A stretch of 64,000 nucleotides of DNA from an uncultured Sinobacteraceae bacterium (GTDB lineage Bacteria; Pseudomonadota; Gammaproteobacteria; Nevskiales; Nevskiaceae): the NCBI GenBank assembly GCA_903822975.1, contig CAIJRD010000001.1:72742-136741 (forward strand). The letters are read 5' to 3'. Below the pieces are notes generated by a model. That model was not told where the DNA came from and searched no databases. It saw nothing but the letters and a program-made list of their open reading frames with translations. Positions within the stretch are counted from its first letter, which is position 1; every line of letters starts with the position of its first letter. A program made the translations under genes and the position numbers. This document shows positions 40,375 to 52,519 of this stretch, piece after piece.

Positions 40375-40429
40375 CACCCAATGATCACCCAATGATCACC
40401 CAATGATCGCCCGACGATCACCCAAAGAT
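40375..40429 (+). repeat. 11-bp tandem repeat, five units (CACCCAATGAT x3, then two degenerate units)
   Basis: cacccaatgat cacccaatgat cacccaatgat cgcccgacgat cacccaaagat. Confidence 0.92.
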
Positions 40430-40445
40430 GATGGGGACTTTCAAC

Positions 40446-41135
40446 ATGCGCATCCACTGGCTGCAACACGCCGATTTCGAAGATCTGGGCTGCATCGGCC
40501 CATGGCTCGCAGCGCACGGCCACGCGGTCAGCGGTACACGCTTGTATGCCGGCGAACGTCCGCCGCCGGCCGCCAATTTCGATGCGCTGGTCGTGATGGG
40601 CGGCCCGATGAATATCTACGAGCACGAAAAGTATCCCTGGCTGGTGCCGGAGAAGGCCTTGATCCGCGCCGCGCTGGATACCGGCAAGCGCGTGCTCGGC
40701 ATCTGCCTGGGCGCGCAGCTGCTGGCCGACGTTCTCGGTGCGCCGGTGACCCGCAACCCCGAAAGCGAGATCGGCTGGTTTCCGGTGGACCTGAGCGCCG
40801 CAGGTCGCGCCTGCGCGCTGCTGGCCGATCTGCCCGAGCGCTTCACCGCATTCCATTGGCACGGCGACACCTTTGCGCTGCCGGCCGGTGCGACGCCGCT
40901 CGCGTTCAGCGCGGCTTGTCCGCAGCAGGCGTTCGCAGTCGATGGCGGCCGCGTGCTCGGCTTGCAATTTCACCTGGAGGTCACGCAGGCGAATGCGCAG
41001 ATCTGGTTCGAACACGAACGCCCGGAGCCCGCGCCCTATGTGCAGACGCCCGAGCACATCCTTGCGCAAACCACGTGCTTCGACGACAACAACCGCTTCA
41101 TGCGCTCGATCCTCGCGCGGTTTTTTGCGGAGTGA
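40446..41135 (+). CDS. Class I glutamine amidotransferase-like protein (stand-alone, GMP synthase GATase-like)
   Basis: LQHADFEDLG, MGGPM, GICLGAQ, WHGDTF, QFHLE catalytic motifs. Confidence 0.9.
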   Translation: MRIHWLQHADFEDLGCIGPWLAAHGHAVSGTRLYAGERPPPAANFDALVVMGGPMNIYEHEKYPWLVPEKALIRAALDTGKRVLGICLGAQLLADVLGAPVTRNPESEIGWFPVDLSAAGRACALLADLPERFTAFHWHGDTFALPAGATPLAFSAACPQQAFAVDGGRVLGLQFHLEVTQANAQIWFEHERPEPAPYVQTPEHILAQTTCFDDNNRFMRSILARFFAE

Positions 41136-41382
41136 TCGAACCGCTTAATGCCGCCGCACAAAAGCCGTTGTTGCGAGGGTGGGCGATGGCGGTGAGGCGG
41201 CAGAACTGATTCGGCCGTTTCGGCCAAAGCGCGAGAAACTAGAACTGCGTTTTACGCAGTTGCAGAGCGACAGGATCGGCGCGGCACTGTGCCGTACACG
41301 TCGGCGCAAGCAAAACCTCAAGGCCTACGCGGAAGCGCCGAAGTCAAAACACGTCCGGCGGTAACGCCGGCGCGCGTGCCGC

Positions 41383-42603
41383 TCAGGCGATCGGTGCAAC
41401 CTCGCGCCGACGTGTGCGGCGCAGCTTCGCGGCCGGTTTCCCGCGCGACGCCGATGCTGCTGCAGGCAGGTCGGCAACGCGCGCGGCGGCCGGAGCCCGC
41501 TTGCGCACGGCAGCGGCGGTCGAGCGGATCGCCTGCTCATGGCGAATTTCTTCGATGAAGCGGCGCAGCGTGTCGCGCGCTTCGGCGCGGCCGTCGCGCG
41601 CGTGCTCGCGCATGTTGCCGCGATACCAGTCGAAGTTGCCGAGGAAGCGGTCGATATCGCTCGGGTTCAACTGCAAACGGTCGCCGCGCATGCCCACACC
41701 CATGCGTTCGATCATGTAGGCATTCAGGCGCTGCTCGAAGGCTTCTTCCGGCAGCGCCAAAATCGGCTTGCCGAAGTGGATCGCTTCGCCGATCAGCTGA
41801 TTGCCGGCGGTCGACAACACCGCCTTGCAATCGGCCAGGTCGCGGATGAAGCCGGCGTTGCTCGGCGCGCGGAAGTCGAGATTTTCAACTTGCCCGCGGA
41901 ACGGCGTGCCGTACACCACCACCGGAAAATCGAGCAGGCGCAAGGCCCGATCGATGTGCTCGCGATACTGGTGTTCACCCTTGTTGAAATACACCAGCAG
42001 GAAATCGCCGGCCTGCGCGCGCGGCGGCACCGCCAGCACTTCGTCGCGCAGCATCGGACCGACCACCTGCACCCCGGGGTAGGCGGGCTCGGCCGGGTAG
42101 AAGCTGGCGATCAGAATGCGTTCCGGCACGCCCATCAGGGCGCGATAGCCGATCGCGTCGCGTCTCCCGAGCAGATACAGCTCCGGCGGAAAATGCGGCT
42201 TGCAGTAGGCGATGATGCCGACGTGGTCGAAGCTGATCCGCGGAATGTTCAGGCGGCGTGCAGCACGGTGCGTCCAGGCTTCCGAATCGGAAATCACCAG
42301 ATCGATCCCGCGCGATTTGAACTCGCGCTCCACCAGTGCGGTCGCGTCGCCGCCGAACAGCAGGTCGGACATCGGCGCGATGTTGCGGCGCACGGTCTGC
42401 GCGGTGGAATGGCCGCCGCGCGCGTTGTAGACGTAACCGATGGTCGGAATGCGCACGGTGGGATACAGCGGCGCCAGAACCTCGTAGGCGTCGCCGCCGG
42501 CAAACACGGTCACCTCGTGCTCGGCCATCAATTCCGGTAGCACGGCGCTGGTGCGCATCGCATGTCCGCGGCCATAACCCATTACGCCGTAAGCGATTCG
42601 CAT
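41383..42603 (-). CDS. GT-B glycosyltransferase (MJ1255/VC2487-like)
   Basis: YGVMGYGRGHAMR, VISDSE, TAGNQLIGEA, FEQRLNA. Confidence 0.82.
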   Translation of the reverse strand: MRIAYGVMGYGRGHAMRTSAVLPELMAEHEVTVFAGGDAYEVLAPLYPTVRIPTIGYVYNARGGHSTAQTVRRNIAPMSDLLFGGDATALVEREFKSRGIDLVISDSEAWTHRAARRLNIPRISFDHVGIIAYCKPHFPPELYLLGRRDAIGYRALMGVPERILIASFYPAEPAYPGVQVVGPMLRDEVLAVPPRAQAGDFLLVYFNKGEHQYREHIDRALRLLDFPVVVYGTPFRGQVENLDFRAPSNAGFIRDLADCKAVLSTAGNQLIGEAIHFGKPILALPEEAFEQRLNAYMIERMGVGMRGDRLQLNPSDIDRFLGNFDWYRGNMREHARDGRAEARDTLRRFIEEIRHEQAIRSTAAAVRKRAPAAARVADLPAAASASRGKPAAKLRRTRRREVAPIA

Positions 42604-42746
42604 CTGAGCGTCCCTCGCACTGTTTGCGAGGTTTGAGAATAAGAAGCTTTGCTTGCGCCCGCATGTCAGATACGTGACGTCTAGATGACCGCAGGCCCGA
42701 GGCGCGCCCGGTATGATGCGATCAGACCTTTTTTAGATTCCATCCC

Positions 42747-43484
42747 ATGTTTGACTTCGGTTCGTACTTCACCGCCGAACTCGCCGCGGCGTTCCTGACG
42801 CTGGCCGCACTCGAGATCGTGCTGGGAATCGACAACATCATTTTCCTGTCGATCACCGCAGCAAAACTACCCCCTGCGTTGCAAGCGCGCGGGCGCACCA
42901 TCGGCCTCGCCGGCGCGATGCTCACGCGTATCGCGCTGCTGTTGTCGCTGGCCGCGCTGGCTCGATTGACCAGTACCTGGGTCACCGTACTCGGCGAGGA
43001 TCTGTCCGGCCGCGACTTCATCCTGTTACTGGGCGGCCTGTTCCTGATCGGCAAGAGCGCGATGGAAATTCGCGAGCAACTGCACGGCGGTCCGCACGCC
43101 GAAGCCCAGTCCGGCGATCGGAAATACGCATCGTTCTGGTCGACGATCTTTCAGATCATGGTGCTCGACATCGTGTTTTCGCTCGACTCCGTGATCACCG
43201 CCGTGGGCATGACCAAGAACGTGCCGGTGATGATCGCCGCAATCGTCCTCGCAGTGATCGTGATGATGTTCTTCTCCGGCTTCGTGTCGCGCTTCGTCGA
43301 TGCCAATCCAACCGTACGCACGCTGGCGCTCAGCTTCCTCGTGTTGATCGGCATGTCGCTGGTGGCCGAGAGTCTCGACTTCCACGTGCCCAAGGGTTAC
43401 CTGTACTTCGCGATGGCGTTCTCCACCATTGTCGAGTTGATCAACCTGCGCGTGCGCAACCAGATGGCGCTGCCGGCGAAATAG
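42747..43484 (+). CDS. TerC family membrane protein
   Basis: LEIVLGIDNIIF, LDIVFSLDSVITAVGM, PKGYLYFAMAFS. Confidence 0.93.
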   Translation: MFDFGSYFTAELAAAFLTLAALEIVLGIDNIIFLSITAAKLPPALQARGRTIGLAGAMLTRIALLLSLAALARLTSTWVTVLGEDLSGRDFILLLGGLFLIGKSAMEIREQLHGGPHAEAQSGDRKYASFWSTIFQIMVLDIVFSLDSVITAVGMTKNVPVMIAAIVLAVIVMMFFSGFVSRFVDANPTVRTLALSFLVLIGMSLVAESLDFHVPKGYLYFAMAFSTIVELINLRVRNQMALPAK

Positions 43485-43759
43485 CGACGATTGCTGCAGC
43501 GCCGGTCTCGTCCCGCTTCGCATGCGACGAGTGATCGGCCCAGCGACGGATGCCGCGCGTTGCGCCCAGGTCGACCACGCAGGGTGACTACGCAGGGCCA
43601 GCAGGTCGCGCATTCGGTGGCGGCGCATACCGTGTGTAGGTCTCGTATCAAGGGACAGAAGCCCGACGCTGCAGAAGCCAGTCGATGCCGGCTCGAATAT
43701 CCCGACGCCGCGCCGACGCTCTGCGATACGCGCGCAGCGCCGAAGGCTAAAATGGCCGC

Positions 43760-46033
43760 ATGTATCAACCGCCGACGCTGGACCCCGCTCTCGCCCCGCT
43801 GATCGCGGCGCTGAATCCCGCGCAAAAGGAAGCGGTGATGGCGCCGCCGGAGCATCGGCTGGTGCTGGCCGGCGCAGGTTCCGGCAAGACGCGCGTGCTG
43901 GTGCACCGCATCGCCTGGCTGGTCGCGGTGGAAGGGATTTCGCCGCATTCGATTTTGGCGGTCACCTTCACCAACAAGGCCGCGTCGGAAATGCGCGGCC
44001 GCATCGAACAGCTGATCAACGTGCCGGTGCGAACCATGTGGGTCGGTACGTTCCACGGCATCGCGCACCGCATGCTGCGCACGCACTGGCGCGAGGCGCG
44101 ACTGCCGCAGAATTTTCAGATTCTCGATTCGGACGATCAGCTGCGTCTGGTCAAGCGTGTACTGCGCGGCCTCGATATGTCCGAGGAGCAGTGGCCGCCG
44201 AAGCAAGTCACCGCCTACATCAACGCGCAGAAGGATGAGGGCCGACGGCCAGCGTCGCTGGCCGACCAGGGCGACTACGCGCAGCGCCAGTTCGTGCGCG
44301 CGTACAGCGCCTACCAGGCGCAGTGCGAATCGGCTGGCCTGGTCGATTTCGCCGAACTGCTGCTGCGTGCGTATGAACTGTGCCGCGATGTGCCGACCAT
44401 TCAGGCGCACTACCGCGCGCGCTTCAGGCACATTCTGGTCGACGAATTCCAGGACACCAACACGCTTCAGTATGCCTGGTTGAAAGTGCTGGCCGGCGAG
44501 CGCGGCATCTTGTTCGCGGTCGGTGACGACGATCAGAGCATCTATTCCTGGCGCGGTGCGAAAGTCGAGAATATGGTGCGGCTGGCCAAGGATTTTCTCG
44601 GCACCGAAGTGATTCGTCTGGAACAGAACTATCGTTCGACCGGCACCATCCTGAAGGCGGCGAACGGACTGATCTCGAAGAACAGCAGCCGCCTCGGCAA
44701 GAATCTCTGGACCGAGGATGGCGAAGGCGCGCCGATTCAGCTGTACGCCGCATTCAACGAGTACGACGAGGCCGAATTCGTCGTCAACCGCATGCGCGAA
44801 CACCTCGAAGGCCGCGCACGCTACTCCGATCTCGCGGTGCTGTATCGGTCCAATGCGCAATCGCGCGTGCTCGAAGAAGTGCTGATACGCCAGCGTCTGC
44901 CGTATCGAATTTATGGCGGCCTGCGCTTCTTCGAGCGCATGGAAGTGAAGGATGCGCTGGCCTATCTGCGCCTGATCAGCAACCGCGATGACGACGGCAG
45001 CTTCGAGCGCACCGTCAACACGCCGACGCGCGGCATCGGTGCTACGACAATCGAACGTCTGCGACAGATTGCGCGCGAAGGCGGTGTGTCGCTGTGGAAG
45101 GCGGCCATCGGTGCAGGCCCCGCACTGGGTCGCAGCGCCGGCAACCTGAAGCAGTTCCTCGATCTGATCGAAGGGCTGGCGAAAGACACCGCCGGTGAGC
45201 CGCTATCGAAAGTCATGGACATGACGATCGAACGTTCCGGCCTGCGCGCGCACTATCAAAAAGAAAAAGGCGAGCAGGCCGAATCGCGCCTGGAGAATCT
45301 CGACGAGTTGATCAACGCCAGTCGCAGTTTCGAGCGGCCGCCGGAAGACGACGAGATGAATCCGCTCGATTCGTTTCTGGCGCACGCCGCACTCGAAGCC
45401 GGCGAAGGCCAAGCGCTCGCTGGCGAAGACAGCGTGCAGCTGATGACGCTGCATTCGGCCAAGGGCCTCGAATTCCCGATCGTGTTCATGGTCGGCGTCG
45501 AAAATGGTTTGTTTCCGAACCAGCGCGCGCTCGACGAAGGCAGTCTCGAAGAAGAACGCCGCCTGTGCTACGTCGGCATCACGCGCGCGCGCCAGCAGCT
45601 GTATCTGAGCTACGCCGAAGTGCGGCGCGTGCATGGCACCGAGCAGATCGGTTCGCCGTCGGTGTTCCTGCGCGATATTCCGGCCGAGTGCATCGTCGAG
45701 ACGCGACCGCGCGCGGGCATCCTGCGGCCGAGTTTCGCCGCAGGTCTGCGCAGCGGTGGCGGTAGCGGCGGCTACGGTAGCGGCGCGGGCTTTGCCTCGC
45801 GCGAGCAGCGTCCGCGCTATGGCGAGGGCTACAACCTGCAGCGCCCGAAAGTGCCGGCCGCGCCCGCCTACGGCGGCTTCACGCTCGGCGCACAAGTGCG
45901 ACATGCGAAGTTCGGCGAAGGCACGATTCTGTCGTTCGATGGCGACGGCGAACGCACGCAGGTGGAAGTGCGCTTCCGCCAGGCCGGCACCAAGCGGCTG
46001 GTGTTGTCGCAGGCCAATCTCGTCGCGGTTTGA
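43760..46033 (+). CDS. uvrD: DNA helicase II (UvrD)
   Basis: LAGAGSGKT, TFTNKAA, VDEFQDTN, VGDDDQSIY, QNYRS, LHSAKGLEF, EERRLCYVGITRA, C-terminal Tudor-like domain. Confidence 0.97.
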   Translation: MYQPPTLDPALAPLIAALNPAQKEAVMAPPEHRLVLAGAGSGKTRVLVHRIAWLVAVEGISPHSILAVTFTNKAASEMRGRIEQLINVPVRTMWVGTFHGIAHRMLRTHWREARLPQNFQILDSDDQLRLVKRVLRGLDMSEEQWPPKQVTAYINAQKDEGRRPASLADQGDYAQRQFVRAYSAYQAQCESAGLVDFAELLLRAYELCRDVPTIQAHYRARFRHILVDEFQDTNTLQYAWLKVLAGERGILFAVGDDDQSIYSWRGAKVENMVRLAKDFLGTEVIRLEQNYRSTGTILKAANGLISKNSSRLGKNLWTEDGEGAPIQLYAAFNEYDEAEFVVNRMREHLEGRARYSDLAVLYRSNAQSRVLEEVLIRQRLPYRIYGGLRFFERMEVKDALAYLRLISNRDDDGSFERTVNTPTRGIGATTIERLRQIAREGGVSLWKAAIGAGPALGRSAGNLKQFLDLIEGLAKDTAGEPLSKVMDMTIERSGLRAHYQKEKGEQAESRLENLDELINASRSFERPPEDDEMNPLDSFLAHAALEAGEGQALAGEDSVQLMTLHSAKGLEFPIVFMVGVENGLFPNQRALDEGSLEEERRLCYVGITRARQQLYLSYAEVRRVHGTEQIGSPSVFLRDIPAECIVETRPRAGILRPSFAAGLRSGGGSGGYGSGAGFASREQRPRYGEGYNLQRPKVPAAPAYGGFTLGAQVRHAKFGEGTILSFDGDGERTQVEVRFRQAGTKRLVLSQANLVAV

Positions 46034-46055
46034 TGCGCCCGCTGGAGCAAAACCT

Positions 46056-46184
46056 ATGAACGCAGTCGAATGGGGCTTGATCGTCGGCGTCGTCGCCATC
46101 CTGGTCGGACCGTTTCTGACCGTGAAGGCGGTCGCCAAATTCCGCTCCCGCAAACGCGGCGACAACGACAGCACGCCGCGCTGA
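46056..46184 (+). CDS. Small single-pass membrane protein (42 aa)
   Basis: RBS ggag, MNAVEWGLIVGVVAILVGPFLTVKAVAKFRSRKRGDNDSTPR; TM segment plus basic tail. Confidence 0.6.
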   Translation: MNAVEWGLIVGVVAILVGPFLTVKAVAKFRSRKRGDNDSTPR

Positions 46185-46231
46185 TCTTGCAGCTAACGGC
46201 GAACTTCAATGCCGAGGTTTAGCGCCGAAGT

Positions 46232-46912
46232 TCAGCCGGCCTTGACCTTGATCAGCATGCCCTTGATGTCGTTGCTCTCAAGCCGCTGCAGGATTTCCTG
46301 CGCTTTTGCCAGATCGTTCTCGGGGCCGATGCGCACGCGGAACCAAGTGTCGGTCTGATCGATGGTGACCTGCTCGATCTTGGATTCGACGCCCAGCAGC
46401 GCCAGATTCGCACGGCCTTTCTCGGCCTCGTCGCGGGTTTTATAGGCGCCGACCTGGATCAGGTATTGGCCTGGGGCCGCAATCGCCGCCGCCGTCGCCG
46501 GGTTTACCGGCTTGCCGGCCTTTGCCGCCGCCGCGGCATCCTCGCGCGGAATCACCACTTCGTAGCTCGGCAGCATTTCGTAGAACGCGAACCGCGAAGC
46601 CTGCTTCGGCGGCAGGGCGATCGGCTTGTGGCCATCGTCTTTGCTGTTCGAGCTTGCTGTGGTGCTTGCTACGTTAGCGGTAGCGGCCGGAGCCGGGCCC
46701 TTGCCGAGCTGGGTCACCGGTGCCGGGCGCTCGATCCAGACGATCGCGGCGACCACCAGGCCGATCGCCAGACCGACGACGATGCCGGCCCAGCCGGGCA
46801 AGCCGCCCGCGCCACCTTTGCCCGCCGCCGGTTTGCGCGCAGGCGCGGCACGGTTCGACTGGCGCCCGCCGTTGTTCGGGCGGTTCGGTGGACGAGCGTA
46901 GTCGCGCGCCAT
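46232..46912 (-). CDS. SPOR-domain cell division protein (FtsN-like)
   Basis: MARDYA start, TM helix, FAFYEMLP, YLIQVGAY, WFRVRIGP; follows argS as in argS-ftsN synteny. Confidence 0.85.
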   Translation of the reverse strand: MARDYARPPNRPNNGGRQSNRAAPARKPAAGKGGAGGLPGWAGIVVGLAIGLVVAAIVWIERPAPVTQLGKGPAPAATANVASTTASSNSKDDGHKPIALPPKQASRFAFYEMLPSYEVVIPREDAAAAAKAGKPVNPATAAAIAAPGQYLIQVGAYKTRDEAEKGRANLALLGVESKIEQVTIDQTDTWFRVRIGPENDLAKAQEILQRLESNDIKGMLIKVKAG

Positions 46913-46967
46913 CTTCAGCCGCCGCCGCAACGCGGCATGCGATTGCGCACGCTCGCCAAGGCGGCGC

Positions 46968-48656
46968 TCACATCTGCTCCGGCGCCGAGACGCCCAGCAG
47001 ACCGAGACCGTTACGCAGCACCTGCCGCGCGGCGACCGCGAGTGCCACGCGTGCATTGCGCAGCTCGACATCGTCGATCAGCAACTGGTGGCTGTTGTAG
47101 AAGCCATGAAACGCAGCGGCGAGTTCGCGCAGATACTGGGCGATCAGATGCGGCTCCAGCGTGCTCGCGGCGATCTCGACGGTTTCCGGAAAGCGCGCCA
47201 TCTGTGCGGCGAGTGCCAGTTCCAGCGGCTCCTGCAAACGTCCAACGGCGGCGATTCCGCTGTCGTCGTCCCAGCTCATGCCGCGCTCGCCGAGTTGGCG
47301 CAGCACGCTGCAGACGCGCGCATGTGCGTACTGGATGTAATAGACCGGATTATCGTTGGTCTGCGCGCGCGCGAGGTCGATATCGAACACCAGTTGCGAG
47401 TCCGCCTTGCGCGCCACCAGGAAGAAACGCGTCGCATCGCGGCCGGCTTCTTCAATCAGGTCGCGCAAGGTCACGTAGCTGCCGGCGCGCTTTGAGATCT
47501 TCACCTCTTCGCCGCCTTTCATCACCGTGACCATCTGGTGCAGCACGTATTCCGGCCAGCCCTGCGGCACGCCGATGTCGAGCGCCTGCAAACCTGCACG
47601 CACGCGCGCGATGGTGCCGTGATGGTCCGCACCCTGTTCGTTGATCACGCGCTGGAAGCCGCGCTGCCACTTGCTGACGTGATAGGCAACGTCCGGCACG
47701 AAGTAGGTGAAGCTGCCGTCGGACTTGCGCATCACGCGGTCCTTGTCGTCGGCGTAGTCGGTCGTCTTCAGCCACAGCGCGCCGTCCTGCTCGAAGGTGT
47801 GGCCGCTGCCTTCGAGCGCGGTGACGGTCTGCGTCACACGGCCTTCGCTGTACAGCGAAGACTCCAGGTAATACAGATCGAAATGCACGCCGAAGGCTTT
47901 CAGATCCAGATCCTGCTCATGCCGCAGGTAGGCGACCGCGAACTCGCGGATCGCATCGAGATCGTCGGGATCGGCGGCGGCGGTAACGGCGCGATCGTCC
48001 GCGGCCATCGAGGCACCGGCCAAATAGGCGGCAGCCACGTCCCTGATGTAATCGCCGCGATAGCCGTTCTCCGGCCAGCCCGGCTGCTCCGGTTCGACCG
48101 CCTTGCAGCGCGCCTGCACCGACAGAGCGAGGTTGTTGATCTGCGCGCCGGCGTCGTTGTAGTAGAACTCGCGCGCGGTGTCCCAGCCACTCGCCTCGAG
48201 CAGGCGAGCAAGGCAATCGCCCACTGCGGCGCCGCGACCGTGGCCAACGTGCAAAGGTCCGGTCGGATTGGCCGACACGAACTCGACCATCGCGCGCTTG
48301 CCCGCACCGTGCGCGTTGCGGCCGTAGCCGTCGCCGCGCTGGAGAACCTCGGCAACCACCGACTGGAACGCGGCCGGCGCGAGGAAGAAATTGATGAAGC
48401 CGGGGCCGGCGATCTCGACCTTGGCCACCGACGCCGATGGCGGCAGCTGACGCAGCAATGCTTCGGCCAGCTTGCGCGGGGCCAGGCCCAGCGGCTTTGC
48501 CAGCAGCATCGCGAGATTGCTGGAGAAATCGCCGAAACGTGGATCCTTGGTCGGCTCCAGCTGGATCGCGGGCAGCACGGCAGGGGCCGCGCCGGAGTGT
48601 TCGGCGAGCACGGCCGTGAGTGCGGTGCCCAGCAGGGAGTGCAGTTGCGGTTTCAT
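46968..48656 (-). CDS. argS: Arginyl-tRNA synthetase
   Basis: [40 protein letters not shown]-terminal APEQM. Confidence 0.97.
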   Translation of the reverse strand: MKPQLHSLLGTALTAVLAEHSGAAPAVLPAIQLEPTKDPRFGDFSSNLAMLLAKPLGLAPRKLAEALLRQLPPSASVAKVEIAGPGFINFFLAPAAFQSVVAEVLQRGDGYGRNAHGAGKRAMVEFVSANPTGPLHVGHGRGAAVGDCLARLLEASGWDTAREFYYNDAGAQINNLALSVQARCKAVEPEQPGWPENGYRGDYIRDVAAAYLAGASMAADDRAVTAAADPDDLDAIREFAVAYLRHEQDLDLKAFGVHFDLYYLESSLYSEGRVTQTVTALEGSGHTFEQDGALWLKTTDYADDKDRVMRKSDGSFTYFVPDVAYHVSKWQRGFQRVINEQGADHHGTIARVRAGLQALDIGVPQGWPEYVLHQMVTVMKGGEEVKISKRAGSYVTLRDLIEEAGRDATRFFLVARKADSQLVFDIDLARAQTNDNPVYYIQYAHARVCSVLRQLGERGMSWDDDSGIAAVGRLQEPLELALAAQMARFPETVEIAASTLEPHLIAQYLRELAAAFHGFYNSHQLLIDDVELRNARVALAVAARQVLRNGLGLLGVSAPEQM

Positions 48657-48762
48657 CGTCGGGACAGTTGCGAGCGCGGATTGTAACGGCTGCGTTGCGA
48701 TGCAGCAGCCGCGCACGAGGACGTGGCACGCGGTCGCGTCGGTGTTTGCGTACGCGCCGCGC

Positions 48763-50949
<2,187 letters not shown>

Positions 50950-50964
50950 TAGTAAATCCGCACC

Positions 50965-51159
50965 TGTGGATATCTGTGTGGACAGTTCGCTCAAAACGAC
51001 GTCCTGGCGGCGGAGCGACGCAAAAATGTCACCTGGGATGCGCAAAGTTCAAAAAATAAAATCATTTATATCAACAATATAAAATCACTAATGGAGATAT
51101 TTCCCGAAGCTGAGCTTGACCAGAACAAATTTATTATCCGCGCTTGACTTTGTGCATAA
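50965..51159. promoter_or_regulatory. DnaA-box / IHF / AT-rich cluster upstream of priA
   Basis: TGTGGATAT (50965-50973), TGTGGACAG (50977-50985), A/T tract from 51051, IHF-like TATCAACAATATA (51069-51081), TTATCCGCG (51134-51142), TGTGCATAA (51151-51159; matches TTWTNCACA). Confidence 0.6.
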
Positions 51160-51256
51160 GCGCGCGCTCCGCGAATTGGAGCGGTGCCTTGCAAGCCTTA
51201 GCTTACCCGTTGACTACAGGGAAGATTTGCGGTCGTTTGCAACGCTCGGGCGGGAC

Positions 51257-52447
51257 TCAGGCGTCGTTTTGCGCAGGGCTGCCGATGAGCCGATCGAGTC
51301 CGCGCTGGCCGCGACCGACGATGGCGATCCAGGCCGGCGACAGCATCAGGGTAGCGACGATCACCGACAGCGTCAGCTGATATTCGAAGTTGGTGATCAG
51401 CCGTGCACGGACCCCCAGCGCGGCCAGCACGAACGAAAATTCTCCGATCTGCGCCAGATGGGCGCCCGCGTACAGACTGTAGCGCCAGGGGTCGCCGAGT
51501 GCGCGGAAGATCGAAGCGTTGATCAGCGTGTTGCCAAACAGCACCGCAAACGTCACCGCCGCCAGCAGCACCGCGTGGTCGAACACGAATTCAAGCTGCA
51601 CCAGCAGGCCGACCGAGACGAAGAACAGTGCCAGGAACAGCACTCGGAACGGCTCCATGCGGTCGGCCACCCACTCGGTATCGCGCGAGGCCGCCACCAG
51701 CATGCCGGCGACGAAGGCACCTAGGCTGGCCGACAACTCGAAGGCTTCGGACAGGAAGGCCAGGGTCAGGCACAGCGCAAACGCCAGGAAGATCTGCAGC
51801 TCCTTGTCGGCGCGGAAGCGCGCGGCCAGCGGCAGGCGCAGGCCGCGGCCGCGCACAATCCACACCACCAGCGCGATCGTCAGCAGGCTGCCGACCCCTT
51901 GCAGGATCAGCGTTTCGCCATCGATCCCGCCGTCGGCCATCGCATCGGTGACCAGCAACATGACGATCACCGCGAGGTCCTGCGCCAGCAGGATGCCGAG
52001 TGCGTCGCGCCCGACCTTCGCGTCGGTCTGACCGGTCTCGCGCAGGTAATTCAGCACCAGCGCGGTGCTCGACAGGCTGATCACGAAGCCCATCAGCACG
52101 ATCCGCGGCATCTGCCAGTGCAGCCAGACGCCGACGCCGAACATCACCCCGAGACTCAAGGCGATCTGCGCGGCGGTACCGACAAACGTAATGCGCCAGC
52201 GCGCCAGCAGTTCGCGCGGGTTGGTTTCCATGCCGACGAAGAACAGCAGCAGCAACACGCCGAAATCGCCGACGCGCGCCAGCGTGTTCTGGTCCGACAC
52301 CACCGCCAGACCGTGCGGGCCGAGCACGACGCCGGCGGCGAGATAGCCGATCACATGGGGCTGCCGCAGCACGCGCGAGACCAGTGCCACGGCAAGGATG
52401 CCGAGCACGGCGCCGACGATCTTCAGCATGAATGGGTCGTAGTGCAT
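51257..52447 (-). CDS. CPA2 family monovalent cation:proton antiporter (no KTN domain)
   Basis: IGYLAAGVVLGP, FFVGMET, LSSTA, GILLAQD, FFVSVG, QIGEFSFVLA. Confidence 0.9.
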   Translation of the reverse strand: MHYDPFMLKIVGAVLGILAVALVSRVLRQPHVIGYLAAGVVLGPHGLAVVSDQNTLARVGDFGVLLLLFFVGMETNPRELLARWRITFVGTAAQIALSLGVMFGVGVWLHWQMPRIVLMGFVISLSSTALVLNYLRETGQTDAKVGRDALGILLAQDLAVIVMLLVTDAMADGGIDGETLILQGVGSLLTIALVVWIVRGRGLRLPLAARFRADKELQIFLAFALCLTLAFLSEAFELSASLGAFVAGMLVAASRDTEWVADRMEPFRVLFLALFFVSVGLLVQLEFVFDHAVLLAAVTFAVLFGNTLINASIFRALGDPWRYSLYAGAHLAQIGEFSFVLAALGVRARLITNFEYQLTLSVIVATLMLSPAWIAIVGRGQRGLDRLIGSPAQNDA

Positions 52448-52519
52448 AGAATTCGGGCCTTAGACCACAAACCTCGGCCAATCGCGCAGGTCGCGGTCGA
52501 TCCCATTCACTGGCTCGTC

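Noticed and set aside
40375-40429. Possible mini-CRISPR array
   Set aside because: Units are 11 bp and contiguous, with no spacers and no cas genes.
50950-51045. Longer PriA N-terminus from the ORF track
   Set aside because: The extension is not PriA-like and runs through the DnaA-box cluster; TTG 50949 is the more plausible start.
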